DNA of 64,000 bases. Source: a virus. Position 1 is the first letter of the stretch. Every line of letters starts with the position of its first letter. The position numbers and the translations under genes are program-made. Below the pieces are notes generated by a model. The model searched no databases. It saw only the letters and a program-made list of their open reading frames with translations, and was not told where the DNA came from. Of the stretch, positions 27,322 through 36,819 are shown one piece after another. The stretch lies in the IMG/VR virus record IMGVR_UViG_3300036791_001056, positions 82,954-146,953 of that record; one strand, written 5' to 3'.

Positions 27322-29603
27322 GTCAAGCGCGGCTGCTTAGTGGCTGGGTCAATGCTGACGAATGGGTGCTGGCAGCTCTCGCACCGGGTGACCCCGTACG
27401 CCGCCAAGAACGACCCGCCGATGAGGTCCTTCAGGGCTGAGATGGCCCAGACACACGCGTCAATCCGGTCTGGTGACTCCCCGTCCATGGGAGTCCACGC
27501 ACAGTTATGGACAAGGATCCCATTTGCAAAATACTCATGCTGCCCGGTCACCGTAATGTTGTACACCGCGCTTGGCACCGCGTTCACCTGGACGGAGTGG
27601 ACCGTGCTTTCGGCCACACTCACGTGAGCAAAACGCTGCGCGAACTCCTGTTGAGATGAACTCTTGATCACACTCAACACACTGGACCGTGATTTCTCGC
27701 TGCTTACGCCGTTGCCATGCATCAGTGCTCTTCTGCTTCTGCTGGTCTCCCCGGTATGCGTACATACCAGTGACTCGCTCAGATTTATGGTGAGAGATGT
27801 GATCATGGCGTGACAATAGCATGAGATTGCTGATGTCATTATTGTCGGGGTCGTGATCGATGTGGTGCACGTGATGCCCGTTGGGTATGGGACCGTGATA
27901 TTCTTCCCAGACGTCGCGATGGAGAAGTTTAGCGCCCCGTGACCGTGATGTGATCCAGTACGTGCCGTTCCACTTGTAATACCGCTCACCGTTGCGCTCG
28001 ATGAATGGGAACGCTGATTTTCGGCTGCGACGGGACTTCCGGCTTTCATGCACCTTGTAATCTTAGCACCAGGAACCAGCGCACCAGCGGGAACAAAGCC
28101 ACTTCCCGGGCTGAACACTGGGTGATCAGGTGTGCACGTGATGGTGTCGCCGTTTTTTGCTGTGATTGTTACGGTCCGGCGAATGCCTGTAAAGCCAGAG
28201 TGCGTGACTGGCCGCCAGCCAGCTCTCGTCATTACCAAGTCACGGCACGTTACCTGCTCAATGGGAATCTCACCACGCATGGTTGTTATTGCTGTCCCAG
28301 CGATCAAGCACATCTGGTCCTCAAGATACGGGAACGTGCCCACGTGGCTGATGCGGCGCTGCTCATACAACGATGAGATCGGCTCCGCGCGGATGGCCTT
28401 GCCGCGCGTGGCGCGCACCGCCTGGAACGGGATGTTCGGGTCCACCGTCTTCAGCAACGTCCCGATGAAGTCCCCGCCGTTGTTGACCTCCGCGACGACG
28501 CGGTCTGCCTTGAACTCATGGTACACCGCGATGACCCTCTTCATCGCCTCCATGGGTGTGGCGCGCAGCGTGAAGTCACCAAGCACGTAGCCGCGGCCGT
28601 TCTTAGCCGCACCGGCCACGATGACGCCAGTCTGGGCGCTGGCCTCGCCGTCAGTGACTGCCGGGTCCACCCCGACGACGACGCGGATGAGGTCGGGCAC
28701 CAGTGCCGGGTCGGTGACGCGGGTCTCTTCGAACCAGTCGCGCTGCCACAGCGCGCCCGGCACATCATCCAAGATCTCGGCCTCGAGCTCTTGCCGGCCG
28801 AGGCGCGTGCCCAGCAGCGGCGCGATGACGTTCTCCTGGTACTCCTTCGTCAAGTTCTCGATGTTGTCCATCGTCCGGCCGCGCGTGATCATCGTGGTCG
28901 TGCGCTGGAGAATGCCCATCCGTGATGGGTCCGGGTCACTCGTGCGCAGCAGCGCGACCGGGCGCGGCGTCGTGGCTATGACCACCTGCGTGCGGTAGTC
29001 CTCGTCCCAGCCGGTCTTCTTAGGCAGCCGCAGCGTGATGACCAGGTTGCTCCACGTGGTGTCTGCCACGAGCCCCTTGTGCGCGTCCTGCCAGAACGCG
29101 GCCTCGTCCGCCCAGGCAAAGTGGAACTGCGGCCCGCGCAGCCGCCACGGCTTCTCAGCCGAGAAGGACTTGAACCCAGACCCGTTGGCGAGCCGCACCT
29201 CACCGAGCGTGCGGTTGTACCCGTCGTCCTCCGAGTGGTTCCGGAACTCGTCACGGTTGAAGCACGCGATGAGTCCGCTCTCGCCCTCGAGCATGGTGTC
29301 ACGGGTGTCAGCAAAGGTCTTCCCGACCAGCGCAATGCGCGCTCCCGGGTAGTCACGCGCCTTCTGCGCTGCCCACTCGGCGGCAGTGCGCGACTTCCCC
29401 CAGCCTCTTCCAGCGAGAATGCACCACACGAACCACGTACCCGGCGGAGCCAGCTGCTCCGGTCGCGCGATCTCGCGCCAGGGACGCTTGATGAGCCCGT
29501 CTTCCAAGTCGCGCACCCGCTTGATCTCCTGCTGCAGCTCGCGCAGGCGCCGCAGGCGCTCGAGGCGCAGCCCGGCGAGGGAGTCCGCGGTCTTGGCTGC
29601 CAT
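27282..29603 (-). CDS. terL: Terminase large subunit with intein
   Basis: Walker A AGRGWGKS, LRGPQFHFAWADEAA, ATTPRP, nuclease VVGVDPA and SPDRIDA. Confidence 0.95.
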   Translation of the reverse strand: MAAKTADSLAGLRLERLRRLRELQQEIKRVRDLEDGLIKRPWREIARPEQLAPPGTWFVWCILAGRGWGKSRTAAEWAAQKARDYPGARIALVGKTFADTRDTMLEGESGLIACFNRDEFRNHSEDDGYNRTLGEVRLANGSGFKSFSAEKPWRLRGPQFHFAWADEAAFWQDAHKGLVADTTWSNLVITLRLPKKTGWDEDYRTQVVIATTPRPVALLRTSDPDPSRMGILQRTTTMITRGRTMDNIENLTKEYQENVIAPLLGTRLGRQELEAEILDDVPGALWQRDWFEETRVTDPALVPDLIRVVVGVDPAVTDGEASAQTGVIVAGAAKNGRGYVLGDFTLRATPMEAMKRVIAVYHEFKADRVVAEVNNGGDFIGTLLKTVDPNIPFQAVRATRGKAIRAEPISSLYEQRRISHVGTFPYLEDQMCLIAGTAITTMRGEIPIEQVTCRDLVMTRAGWRPVTHSGFTGIRRTVTITAKNGDTITCTPDHPVFSPGSGFVPAGALVPGAKITRCMKAGSPVAAENQRSHSSSATVSGITSGTARTGSHHGHGALNFSIATSGKNITVPYPTGITCTTSITTPTIMTSAISCYCHAMITSLTINLSESLVCTHTGETSRSRRALMHGNGVSSEKSRSSVLSVIKSSSQQEFAQRFAHVSVAESTVHSVQVNAVPSAVYNITVTGQHEYFANGILVHNCAWTPMDGESPDRIDACVWAISALKDLIGGSFLAAYGVTRCESCQHPFVSIDPATKQPRLTCPKCGSPVVLET
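27504..28310 (-). mobile_element. Intein in terL (269 aa)
   Basis: CLIAGTAITTMRGEIPIEQV, TCTPDHPVF, and VYNITVTGQHEYFANGILVHN followed by Cys. Confidence 0.92.
27535..28053 (-). CDS. HNH homing endonuclease in an alternative frame inside the terL intein
   Basis: LHRDVWEEYHGPIPNGHHVHHIDHDPDNNDISNL plus a CVEC...FCSREC zinc finger. Confidence 0.85.
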   Translation of the reverse strand: MHESRKSRRSRKSAFPFIERNGERYYKWNGTYWITSRSRGAKLLHRDVWEEYHGPIPNGHHVHHIDHDPDNNDISNLMLLSRHDHISHHKSERVTGMYAYRGDQQKQKSTDAWQRRKQREITVQCVECDQEFISTGVRAAFCSRECGRKHGPLRPGERGAKRGVQHYGDRAA

Positions 29604-29607
29604 GGTC

Positions 29608-29639
29608 TTGTTTACACCAGCGCATCGATGTGGTAGAGT
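29608..29639 (+). promoter_or_regulatory. Repeated promoter element abutting the terL start
   Basis: TTGTTTACACCAGCGCATCGATGTGGTAGAGT; 17-bp spacer. Confidence 0.8.
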
Positions 29640-29672
29640 AGTACCAAGGAACAGGAATGAGAGGAGCCTGAG

Positions 29673-29945
29673 ATGCCGAGCTCACCCACCGAGGTGATCA
29701 TCAGTGACGAGTATCAGGTCGTGGAGTTCCGTGCCCAGATGACAGCTGATGGCTTCACGAACCGCGAGACCGGCCCAGTCAGTAGTGGTCACTTTCCCGT
29801 GCTCACCGATCAGTCACCTGATGGCGACCCGCCTGATGTCGCGCGGCACCGCGCCATGGTTTACGCCGACACCTGCAGCAGGTCAGTTCTCGGAACAGTC
29901 ACGTACCGCGTCCGCCGGGTCCAGGTCTACACGGTTGAGTGGTGA
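29673..29945 (+). CDS. Hypothetical protein
   Basis: GAGGAG RBS after the promoter. Confidence 0.6.
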   Translation: MPSSPTEVIISDEYQVVEFRAQMTADGFTNRETGPVSSGHFPVLTDQSPDGDPPDVARHRAMVYADTCSRSVLGTVTYRVRRVQVYTVEW

Positions 29946-29951
29946 CGAAAG

Positions 29952-30188
29952 ATGTTTGTGAGTGAAGACGGTCGCTGGCGAGTCAGCACGATCTCACTCA
30001 ACGGCCGGGAGCGCGTGCGGGTCGAGTGCAGCAACATCGCAGACGCGCCCGTTCACGGGGACGGCGCACACCGCACGGGCATCATCAGCGGGCCGGGCGG
30101 CTGGTACTGGGTAGCGGACCTGGCCGGCCCGGCGGACGTTGAGCGGTACGTGCCGCTCGTTAGCTTGAGGGAGATCAGCAATGGGTAA
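29952..30188 (+). CDS. Hypothetical protein
   Basis: Tightly packed operon. Confidence 0.55.
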   Translation: MFVSEDGRWRVSTISLNGRERVRVECSNIADAPVHGDGAHRTGIISGPGGWYWVADLAGPADVERYVPLVSLREISNG

Positions 30189-30633
30189 GCAAACGCACGG
30201 TGACCCGCTCACTGGCGGCGGGCTCGATCTGCGCGACCTGGTGTTCCGGGCGCTGGATCACGCCCGCGAGAACGGTCACGAGGAGTTCCTGCACCTGCCC
30301 GCCGCTGAGGTGGCGAATGATCTTCGTGAGTACGACTGGGACCTGGAGAATGATGACCCGGCCGAGCTCACGCCGCTGGTCACCGAGTGGCGCAGGCGGC
30401 ACGGCATCATCATCACAGAAGATGAGCTGGTGACTGACGTTGCCGTCATTGACTTTCCCATCACGCTGCGTGTCACGCTCACCGCTGGCCAGCTGCGCCG
30501 GTACCAGCACTATCACGGGCTGACCAGCGGCAGCCCGCGCACCCACGTTGAGAGCTACATCCGGTCAGCACTGTACAGCAGTCACGAGTCATTCGATGAG
30601 GATGACATTACCATCACTATGGAGGAATCATGA
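30181..30633 (+). CDS. Hypothetical protein
   Basis: GGAG RBS; overlaps neighbours. Confidence 0.6.
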   Translation: MGKQTHGDPLTGGGLDLRDLVFRALDHARENGHEEFLHLPAAEVANDLREYDWDLENDDPAELTPLVTEWRRRHGIIITEDELVTDVAVIDFPITLRVTLTAGQLRRYQHYHGLTSGSPRTHVESYIRSALYSSHESFDEDDITITMEES

Positions 30634-31079
30634 AGAAGATCGCAGGAGCCATCACGCTCGGGGCGGTCAGCGCGGCCGTCCTGCTCGCCAGTCCCGGCAC
30701 CAGCTCCGCGGCGACCGCGCCGCCGGTGCACGACAAGGTCAAGGGCTGCGCGCCGCTGGCGCGCACGCTGCATCACTGGTGGCCGCCACTGCTGCGGGCG
30801 CAGCCGGTCAGTGACCCGGATCTCGAGCTGTACCCGTGGCAGCCCGCGGCCAGCGCGATCGGCAGCTACATCAGCGACCCGGCGGTGGGCCAGTGGCTGC
30901 CGCAGTGGATCGCAGAGGCGGCGGGCGCCGTCAGCACGCTGGGCATCCGGGTGGGACCGTACCCGGAGGTGCCGCAGGCCGTTCACAACGGAGCGGTGCG
31001 CGACCTGGCGCAGGCGTTCGGCCACATGCACTACTGGTGCCCGGCGTCGATCCCAGCAAGGTGGGTGACGCCTAAGTGA
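30630..31079 (+). CDS. Secreted hypothetical protein
   Basis: MKK plus hydrophobic signal peptide; GGAGG RBS. Confidence 0.65.
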   Translation: MKKIAGAITLGAVSAAVLLASPGTSSAATAPPVHDKVKGCAPLARTLHHWWPPLLRAQPVSDPDLELYPWQPAASAIGSYISDPAVGQWLPQWIAEAAGAVSTLGIRVGPYPEVPQAVHNGAVRDLAQAFGHMHYWCPASIPARWVTPK

Positions 31080-31374
31080 GGCCGCGCACGGTGGAAGAGA
31101 TCATCACCACGCCGACGACCTAGCTGCGCGGTTCGAGGAAGACAGCCTTGGCCCTGGCCGTGTGGTCGACGGCGCTTCGCTTCGTCAGGTGCGCGTGGCT
31201 TTCGAGTCGAAAGCCCGTGCTGAGCGTGACCTGGCCGACGCGGTGACCGTCGCCCGAGCCGAAAGGCACTCGTGTGCTGCGATCGGAGCTATGGTCGGCA
31301 CTTCCGAGGAAGCGGCACGCCAGCGTTATGGCGTGCATCTCCCCGGCGTCAGCTACCCAGAGCCCAGCCAGTGA
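31076..31374 (+). pseudogene. Frameshifted small HTH/antitoxin-like gene
   Basis: RPRTVEEII...HADDLAARFE needs a frameshift near 31108, then AVTVAR...AAIGAMVGTSEEAARQRYG. Confidence 0.55.
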
Positions 31375-31465
31375 TCGTGCATCTTAGTTTTGTGTGATAT
31401 AGTTATAACTAGCTAGCAGGAGCACAAAACAAGCAGATGCTCCTCAGACACAGAAAGGCGCACCT

Positions 31466-31789
31466 ATGCGCAACGGGCAGGTAACCAGCCCAGATGCTCC
31501 CCGCGTCGCCCCGGTCGTGTACATCGATCTAGACATCGTTCCATTTGAGTACATGACCGATGATGAGTTGCGTGATCAAGCAGCGCGCGCTTGCACGATC
31601 GAGGCGTACCCGAGCCTCAAGGCATTGTTGCTCACTCTACGCGGCCCCGGTGGCAACGGCACCATTCCGGTCTACCGCATCGAAGGCCCACTCAATCACA
31701 TCATCAGGTGGTTGGTCGCCCAGTACGGCGCCGGCACCACCAGCGAGTCGGTTGAGTTTTTCGCTGACCAGATGTGCTTGGCTAAGTAA
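31466..31789 (+). CDS. Hypothetical protein
   Basis: GAAAGG RBS; TGTGATATAGT -10 near 31393-31403. Confidence 0.6.
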   Translation: MRNGQVTSPDAPRVAPVVYIDLDIVPFEYMTDDELRDQAARACTIEAYPSLKALLLTLRGPGGNGTIPVYRIEGPLNHIIRWLVAQYGAGTTSESVEFFADQMCLAK

Positions 31790-31796
31790 ACCAAGC

Positions 31797-31843
31797 CGCG
31801 CGAGCGCCGGTGATTACGGTCTACCGGCGCTTACGCGTTTTTT
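31797..31843 (+). terminator. Rho-independent terminator
   Basis: AGCGCCGGT...ACCGGCGCT stem followed by a T6 run. Confidence 0.7.
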
Positions 31844-32362
31844 CTAGCCCCCAGTGCCGAGCCGGTGATCACGCAGCTCAGCCTCGAGCCGCGCGATCTC
31901 CGCATCTACGCTGTCGATGGTCAGTACCTCGGTGCGCGTCGGCGCATTGAGGCCGAGCAGCTTGGCGCGCTGCTCCTTGATCTTCAGGATCCGGTCCACG
32001 ACCTCCAGCACGAAGCGATCATCGTTGAGCGGCTCGCCATCATCGTCACGGATGATGCGCCCGTTGTTGACCAGCACGTGAGATGCCCGCAACTCCACCC
32101 AGCAGGCGCGCTCCAGCTCATCGAGCGATACCAGCTCGAGGACGCGCTGCTCGTCGCGCGCCACTCGGATCGTCGTCGCCAGCCCACGGCGGATCGCCGC
32201 GGCCGCGCGCTCCGGGTTGCCGCTCAGGCCGAGCTGGTCCGCGATCTCCTCGAGCGACCAGCCCAGCGCGCGCAGCCTCACGGCGTACGCGTCGCGCTGG
32301 ACGCCCTTCTTGAAGATGCGGCTGCCCCGGGCCGGGACGGGCAAGAGGATGTCTTCAGGCAT
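31844..32362 (-). CDS. Probable terminase small subunit
   Basis: HTH (LRALGWSLEEIADQLGL) and RILKIKEQRAKLLGLNAPTR; same strand as and upstream of terL. Confidence 0.7.
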   Translation of the reverse strand: MPEDILLPVPARGSRIFKKGVQRDAYAVRLRALGWSLEEIADQLGLSGNPERAAAAIRRGLATTIRVARDEQRVLELVSLDELERACWVELRASHVLVNNGRIIRDDDGEPLNDDRFVLEVVDRILKIKEQRAKLLGLNAPTRTEVLTIDSVDAEIARLEAELRDHRLGTGG

Positions 32363-32364
32363 GC

Positions 32365-32396
32365 TTGTTTACACCAGCGCTTCGATGTGATAGAGT
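32365..32396 (+). promoter_or_regulatory. Repeated promoter element abutting the terS start
   Basis: TTGTTTACACCAGCGCTTCGATGTGATAGAGT, two mismatches to the 29608 copy. Confidence 0.8.
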
Positions 32397-32403
32397 TTAT
32401 TAC

Positions 32404-32817
32404 ATGAAGGAGTACAAGTTCCGCCGGTACGCCGCGGGCGTCAGCGCGGTCCGGCAGGGAAACCGCGCCGCACCGGTCAAGCGCGGCTGGTGGGCGTTCC
32501 CAGCCGGCTGGGAAAAGCACGCGGGCAACGTGCCCGCTGGTGTCGCACGCCGCTGGCACACGCTCATCGTGCCGGCTGACGCGCTGATTTTCGTGGGCTG
32601 GGACCGCCGGGGCGTGCTGCACCGTGACGGGTTCTTCAACGTGGGCCCGTGGCAGTACATGAGCGTGGAGGACGCGATGCTGGGCTTCGAGCGCATACGC
32701 GCCCATACCCTCAGCATCGTCATCACTCAGCCGCAGTGGCGGGGCTTCCTGCTGCGCAAGGCCTTCGACGCTGATCACCTGCAGTGCTTCATCCCTGCCG
32801 CTGTGAACGTGCGGTGA
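32404..32817 (+). CDS. Hypothetical protein, leaderless
   Basis: ATG 7 nt after TAGAGT. Confidence 0.65.
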   Translation: MKEYKFRRYAAGVSAVRQGNRAAPVKRGWWAFPAGWEKHAGNVPAGVARRWHTLIVPADALIFVGWDRRGVLHRDGFFNVGPWQYMSVEDAMLGFERIRAHTLSIVITQPQWRGFLLRKAFDADHLQCFIPAAVNVR

Positions 32818-32820
32818 TCG

Positions 32821-32852
32821 TTGTTTACACCAGCACTTCGATGTGATAGACT
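32821..32852 (+). promoter_or_regulatory. Third copy of the promoter element
   Basis: TTGTTTACACCAGCACTTCGATGTGATAGACT. Confidence 0.8.
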
Positions 32853-33027
32853 AACTATAGGAAAAGGAACAGAGCAGAGGATCACACATGCAGCCACTCA
32901 AGCCTGAGCACGCGGACCGGATATCTAGCCAGATCACACTGACCGCGGTGAGCAGCGTAACTGGGACGTGCGTCAGCGCGGCATGCGCTAACCCAGCGGT
33001 CGCGATCGTCACGATCAGGAGGCCCCA

Positions 33028-33351
33028 GTGATCGGGAACCACAACCGGTCCGGCAGCCGCGTTACCGCCAGCGGGACCACTGAGGAGTGGCGCCGCAACG
33101 GCTGGCGCCGCGAGGGGCACTGCAACCGCTGCGACAACGGGCTGTTCCACAACCGGCGCCGGCGCGGCGCCGGAGGCGAGCACCCCAGCGGCGTCAGCCT
33201 CGCCGCGAATGATCCCTCCCGCATCGACAACATCTGGGAAGATGAGATCGCTCCCGGCGAGAAAGCCGGCCTACGCCGCCGGGTTCGCGCCCGCGGTCGC
33301 GCTGAGGTGCGCCGCGTCATTCGTGAGGAGACTGCTCATGGAACTGGATGA
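33028..33351 (+). CDS. Arg-rich hypothetical protein
   Basis: AGGAGG RBS. Confidence 0.55.
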   Translation: MIGNHNRSGSRVTASGTTEEWRRNGWRREGHCNRCDNGLFHNRRRRGAGGEHPSGVSLAANDPSRIDNIWEDEIAPGEKAGLRRRVRARGRAEVRRVIREETAHGTG

Positions 33352-33403
33352 GCTCATCAGTGCAGAAGACGGGATCGTAATGACTGAGTCGCAGCGGTGA
33401 CGA

Positions 33404-33595
33404 GTGAGCATGATGCACTTTGAGATCAAGCGCTGTGGCCGGATCGGCTACATGGTGTACATGGTGATGGACAGCGGGCCACTGAGCCGGCTGCCTGACG
33501 GCCTGCCAGTAGACGCAGCCATCACGAGGCGGGGAGCTCAACGGCTCGTTAAGAGGCGTCAGCGGCGGCTGCAGCGGGCGCGGGGGATGGAATGA
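33404..33595 (+). CDS. Hypothetical protein
   Basis: Operon position. Confidence 0.45.
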   Translation: MSMMHFEIKRCGRIGYMVYMVMDSGPLSRLPDGLPVDAAITRRGAQRLVKRRQRRLQRARGME

Positions 33596-33643
33596 ACATT
33601 CTACGTCACACGAGCTGCGCGGTAACTGAGCAAGGAGTTAACC

Positions 33644-33994
33644 ATGTTCTACTGCGATCCCTGCGCCGTCCGGCGCGGCTGGCCCCAGACGATCTTTCGC
33701 AGTGATGGGCACTGTGAGTGCTGTGGTCACGCCCGTGAGTGCTCAGACCTGCCGAGCAAGTACCTGCCACTGCCGCCCCGAGAGGTCCGAGAGGGACAGC
33801 TCTTCACCTACGTGAACTACCCGGATGGACACCTGCGCATCATCCGGCTCGTGCGCAGCGGTCGCGTTTACCACGCTGACGCGCTGGTGCCGGGCGCGCG
33901 CTGGGACCGGTACTTTAACATCGCGCAGGTTGACTGGCGCGTCACCGCTTGGGTGGCAGCCAGCGGGGCCGAGGCACCTAAGGAGCAGCCGTGA
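33644..33994 (+). CDS. Zn-finger hypothetical protein
   Basis: AAGGAG RBS; MFYCDPC...CECCG...C. Confidence 0.65.
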   Translation: MFYCDPCAVRRGWPQTIFRSDGHCECCGHARECSDLPSKYLPLPPREVREGQLFTYVNYPDGHLRIIRLVRSGRVYHADALVPGARWDRYFNIAQVDWRVTAWVAASGAEAPKEQP

Positions 33995-34543
33995 GCGAGA
34001 TGCGCGGGAAGACCCCGGCGGTCATCCTCATCGACCCCGAAGTACCCGCACAACGGTGGCGGCGTATTCCGCGACGCCGCGTGCTGGGGAGTACCCCAGC
34101 TGTGGATCACTGGTGCGCGGCTGAGGGCTGAGTTCGCTCGGAAGGGCCGGATCACCCGCGAGGAGCGCATGAAGGCGCTCGTGCGGGAGACCGACCTGTT
34201 CTGGTGCGACCGGCCGTTCGACGAGTTCCCGCGCGGGACCACGTTCATCGGCGTGGAGGTGCTGCCGAACGCTGAGGTGCTGACGCTCGGCTGGGAGCAC
34301 CCGGAAGACGCGGTGTACGTCTTTGGCCCGGAGGACGGCAACTTGCCGAAGGCAGTGCGCCTGCAGTGCCACCGGTTCATCATCTTGCCCACCCGCATCT
34401 GCCTGAACTTGCAGGTGGCGGCCGGGATGGTGCTCGGGCACCGCATGCTGGACCGCATGGCGCGCGGCATCGAGCCCGCCCGCGGCGCGTATGACATGAT
34501 GGCTGATGATCGCGGCTTCGCGGACCCGGGAGATGACTGGTGA
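33991..34543 (+). pseudogene. SpoU/TrmL-family (SPOUT) RNA methyltransferase with a +1 frameshift near 34035
   Basis: VILIDP/KYPHNGG motif 1 is split by an extra C; also VYVFGPEDG and CLNLQVAAGMVL. Confidence 0.75.
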
Positions 34544-34848
34544 CTGATAATCTGTCTTACCGCTCACCCAGCCTGCGTCTGGCAGTCAGCGTGCGCTGTA
34601 AGCAAGTTCAGGCGCCGCCCTGGCACGATCTCTGGGAGATCACAATGGACGAGACCTCACTCACCGAGCTGTCTGCTGAGCTGCTGCAGCTACCCGAGCC
34701 GCTAACGCCTCGAATGCACCAGCTGCGCCGCCTCATTGAGAGCGTGATCGCCAAGAACTTGAGCACTCACCCAGCTAACTGGGAGCACGGCCTGCATCCA
34801 GCCACCTTGCGCAATCAAGAGAGTGATCAGGTGCCGACCAGCACGTGA
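34540..34848 (+). CDS. Hypothetical protein
   Basis: GTGA coupling. Confidence 0.5.
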   Translation: MTDNLSYRSPSLRLAVSVRCKQVQAPPWHDLWEITMDETSLTELSAELLQLPEPLTPRMHQLRRLIESVIAKNLSTHPANWEHGLHPATLRNQESDQVPTST

Positions 34849-35162
34849 GTGTCGTTGCCCGCGCTGTCCAGCCACGTGAACTCACCGTGCCGCCCGACAG
34901 GGCGGTGCATGCGGCAGCCCACGCAGTACGTGGCGCCGTAGAAGCCCGGCTGCCGCGCGTAGGTCTCGCACAGTGGCAGTGCCATCGTGGTAACGGCGCC
35001 GCACTCTGGATCATGATGAACATACGCGCGGTATACCGGCCGCACGAATCCCTTCTCAACCTCTTCCGGCGAGAGCACGAGGTACGCGTCGTGCTGGTGA
35101 ATCGGCTCGGTGTCGACACCGTGGCCCAGCCGCGGGTCACTCGGATCAGTGATGAGCGTCAC
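34827..35162 (-). CDS. Conserved Zn-binding hypothetical protein
   Basis: AAGGAG RBS; YLVLSPEE...GFVRP...CG...ETYAR.PGFYGATYCVGC. Confidence 0.65.
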   Translation of the reverse strand: MTLITDPSDPRLGHGVDTEPIHQHDAYLVLSPEEVEKGFVRPVYRAYVHHDPECGAVTTMALPLCETYARQPGFYGATYCVGCRMHRPVGRHGEFTWLDSAGNDTHVLVGT

Positions 35163-35181
35163 GACCCACTCCTTTAGTTCT

Positions 35182-35210
35182 GTTGCACCAGCGCGGCGAT
35201 GTGGTAGAAT
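35182..35210 (+). promoter_or_regulatory. Diverged copy of the promoter element
   Basis: GTTGCACCAGCGCGGCGATGTGGTAGAAT. Confidence 0.65.
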
Positions 35211-35241
35211 AACTATTAGGAACGTGGAACGGAGCATCACC

Positions 35242-35718
35242 ATGAGCGCGCTGGATGACTGGGCAGGCGGGCAGCCTTGCGAGCGGCACGATCTGCCGTA
35301 CTGCGGTGGCTGCCGCGAGCTGGCTGGGATTAAGCGCAGTGCCGACGGCACCCTCGGCTGGCAGAGTGACTGCGCCGTCCAGCTGTTCGCTGACCTCACG
35401 CAGGTCAGTTACGATGATGCGGTCGATACGCTGCGCGCGGTGGGCTTCCGGCCCAAGCACGGCACTCCCATCGATGGAGTCCGCACCGCGCTCACCGCGG
35501 CGGGCCAGCACGTCACCGAGATCCGGCTCCACTACATCACGGCGACGCAGCTCTCACACACCGGCCGCCGGTTCTTCGTAGTCGGCTGGAAGGGCAAGGC
35601 CTGTCACACGTGGCCACTCATCGCCGGGCGCGCTCCCCGCGCTCTGCAGCCGCCGTTCAGGTACCGGATCTTCGAGGTAACAGCTCAAGAGCCAGAAGGA
35701 GCATCATCAGATGACTGA
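35242..35718 (+). CDS. Hypothetical protein (papain-like DC...H pattern)
   Basis: SDCAVQLFADLTQVSYDDA; follows the promoter and a GGAG RBS. Confidence 0.6.
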   Translation: MSALDDWAGGQPCERHDLPYCGGCRELAGIKRSADGTLGWQSDCAVQLFADLTQVSYDDAVDTLRAVGFRPKHGTPIDGVRTALTAAGQHVTEIRLHYITATQLSHTGRRFFVVGWKGKACHTWPLIAGRAPRALQPPFRYRIFEVTAQEPEGASSDD

Positions 35719-35971
35719 CCGCCGGGTGCGGCTCGCCGCAGCCATTACCGACACTTCGCCTGAAGAGCTCATCAGTGCCATCATGGTGGAGTACCAAGAT
35801 GAGGCGGTGCTCACCATCGCGAGCGCACTCAAGCGTGACCGAGGAGTTGCTGACGCTACTGGCGCCCAGTCTCAGCTGGCGACCGCGCTGAGCGCCGCCA
35901 GCGAGAGCATCTGCCGAGAGCTGCGTGAGATCACTTGCCAGCTGAAGCGGTACAATGACTACCGCAGGTGA
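35711..35971 (+). CDS. Hypothetical protein
   Basis: AAGGAG RBS. Confidence 0.55.
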   Translation: MTDRRVRLAAAITDTSPEELISAIMVEYQDEAVLTIASALKRDRGVADATGAQSQLATALSAASESICRELREITCQLKRYNDYRR

Positions 35972-35976
35972 CTCTG

Positions 35977-36005
35977 TTTACATCGTAGTCACGATGTGAT
36001 AGAGT
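35977..36005 (+). promoter_or_regulatory. Phage promoter
   Basis: TTTACA-17 bp-TAGAGT with CGATGTGA. Confidence 0.75.
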
Positions 36006-36033
36006 ACTACTAGGAATCAGGAACGGAGGAAGC

Positions 36034-36336
36034 ATGATCCAGCGCATCACCACCCGCGAGCAGCTCATCGAGCTGCACCAGCGCCTGCAGCTGCGCGATG
36101 ACTGGCACGAGCCTGACGAGCGCGAAGTCAGCGCCCGCGTCCGTGGCGGCAGCTTTGACAACGCCGGTTACTGGGGCACTGAGATGATCACTCAAACATT
36201 CAATGGTGTCACCGTCAAGCACAGTGTGCGATCAATGGAAATGTGGGTCACCGTTACTGTGAACGGGCAGCCCACCGCTGAGGTCAACCTCGCAACGCTG
36301 TTCGCCTTCGCCTGCGGCACTTATGACGGGGAGTAG
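36034..36336 (+). CDS. Conserved hypothetical protein
   Basis: GGAGG RBS; DWHEPDE...SFDNAG...VNLATLFAFA. Confidence 0.65.
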   Translation: MIQRITTREQLIELHQRLQLRDDWHEPDEREVSARVRGGSFDNAGYWGTEMITQTFNGVTVKHSVRSMEMWVTVTVNGQPTAEVNLATLFAFACGTYDGE

Positions 36337-36510
36337 GCCAAGTGGACCGCAGCATTAAGATTCACTTCATGAACGGTGAGAGCACGATCATCATCGTCAC
36401 AAACGTTAAGATCGGTGAGGACGGAATCATCCGGTTCGTTCGCATCATCAACAGCAAGTGGTGCGAGGTGCTCGCCGCGCCACGCGAGAGCGTCAGGAGC
36501 TGGGGCTGAT

Positions 36511-36819
36511 ATGAGCGCTCGCCAGCAGTATGAAGAACTGCTCAAGGCGTTGAGCCGTGGCCAGACCGCTGAAGAGGCGCTGCGTGAGCTGCAAATCAAG
36601 AGGCATAAGAAGCTCATCACCAAGAAGACTTGGCTCTTGGTGCTGGTCAGCACCATCACACAGTTCTGGTGGGCGCAACTCGTGGTCTGGGGCCTGAGCA
36701 TGCTAAGTGTAAGCACGGGCATCTGGCCCATCTGGCTGATCATGGAGGGCGTCAGCAGCATGCTCGTCGCAACAGTCACACTCGGCATGATGTACGCGGT
36801 GCGAGACACGAGGGGATGA
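36511..36819 (+). CDS. Membrane protein
   Basis: Two hydrophobic segments. Confidence 0.55.
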   Translation: MSARQQYEELLKALSRGQTAEEALRELQIKRHKKLITKKTWLLVLVSTITQFWWAQLVVWGLSMLSVSTGIWPIWLIMEGVSSMLVATVTLGMMYAVRDTRG

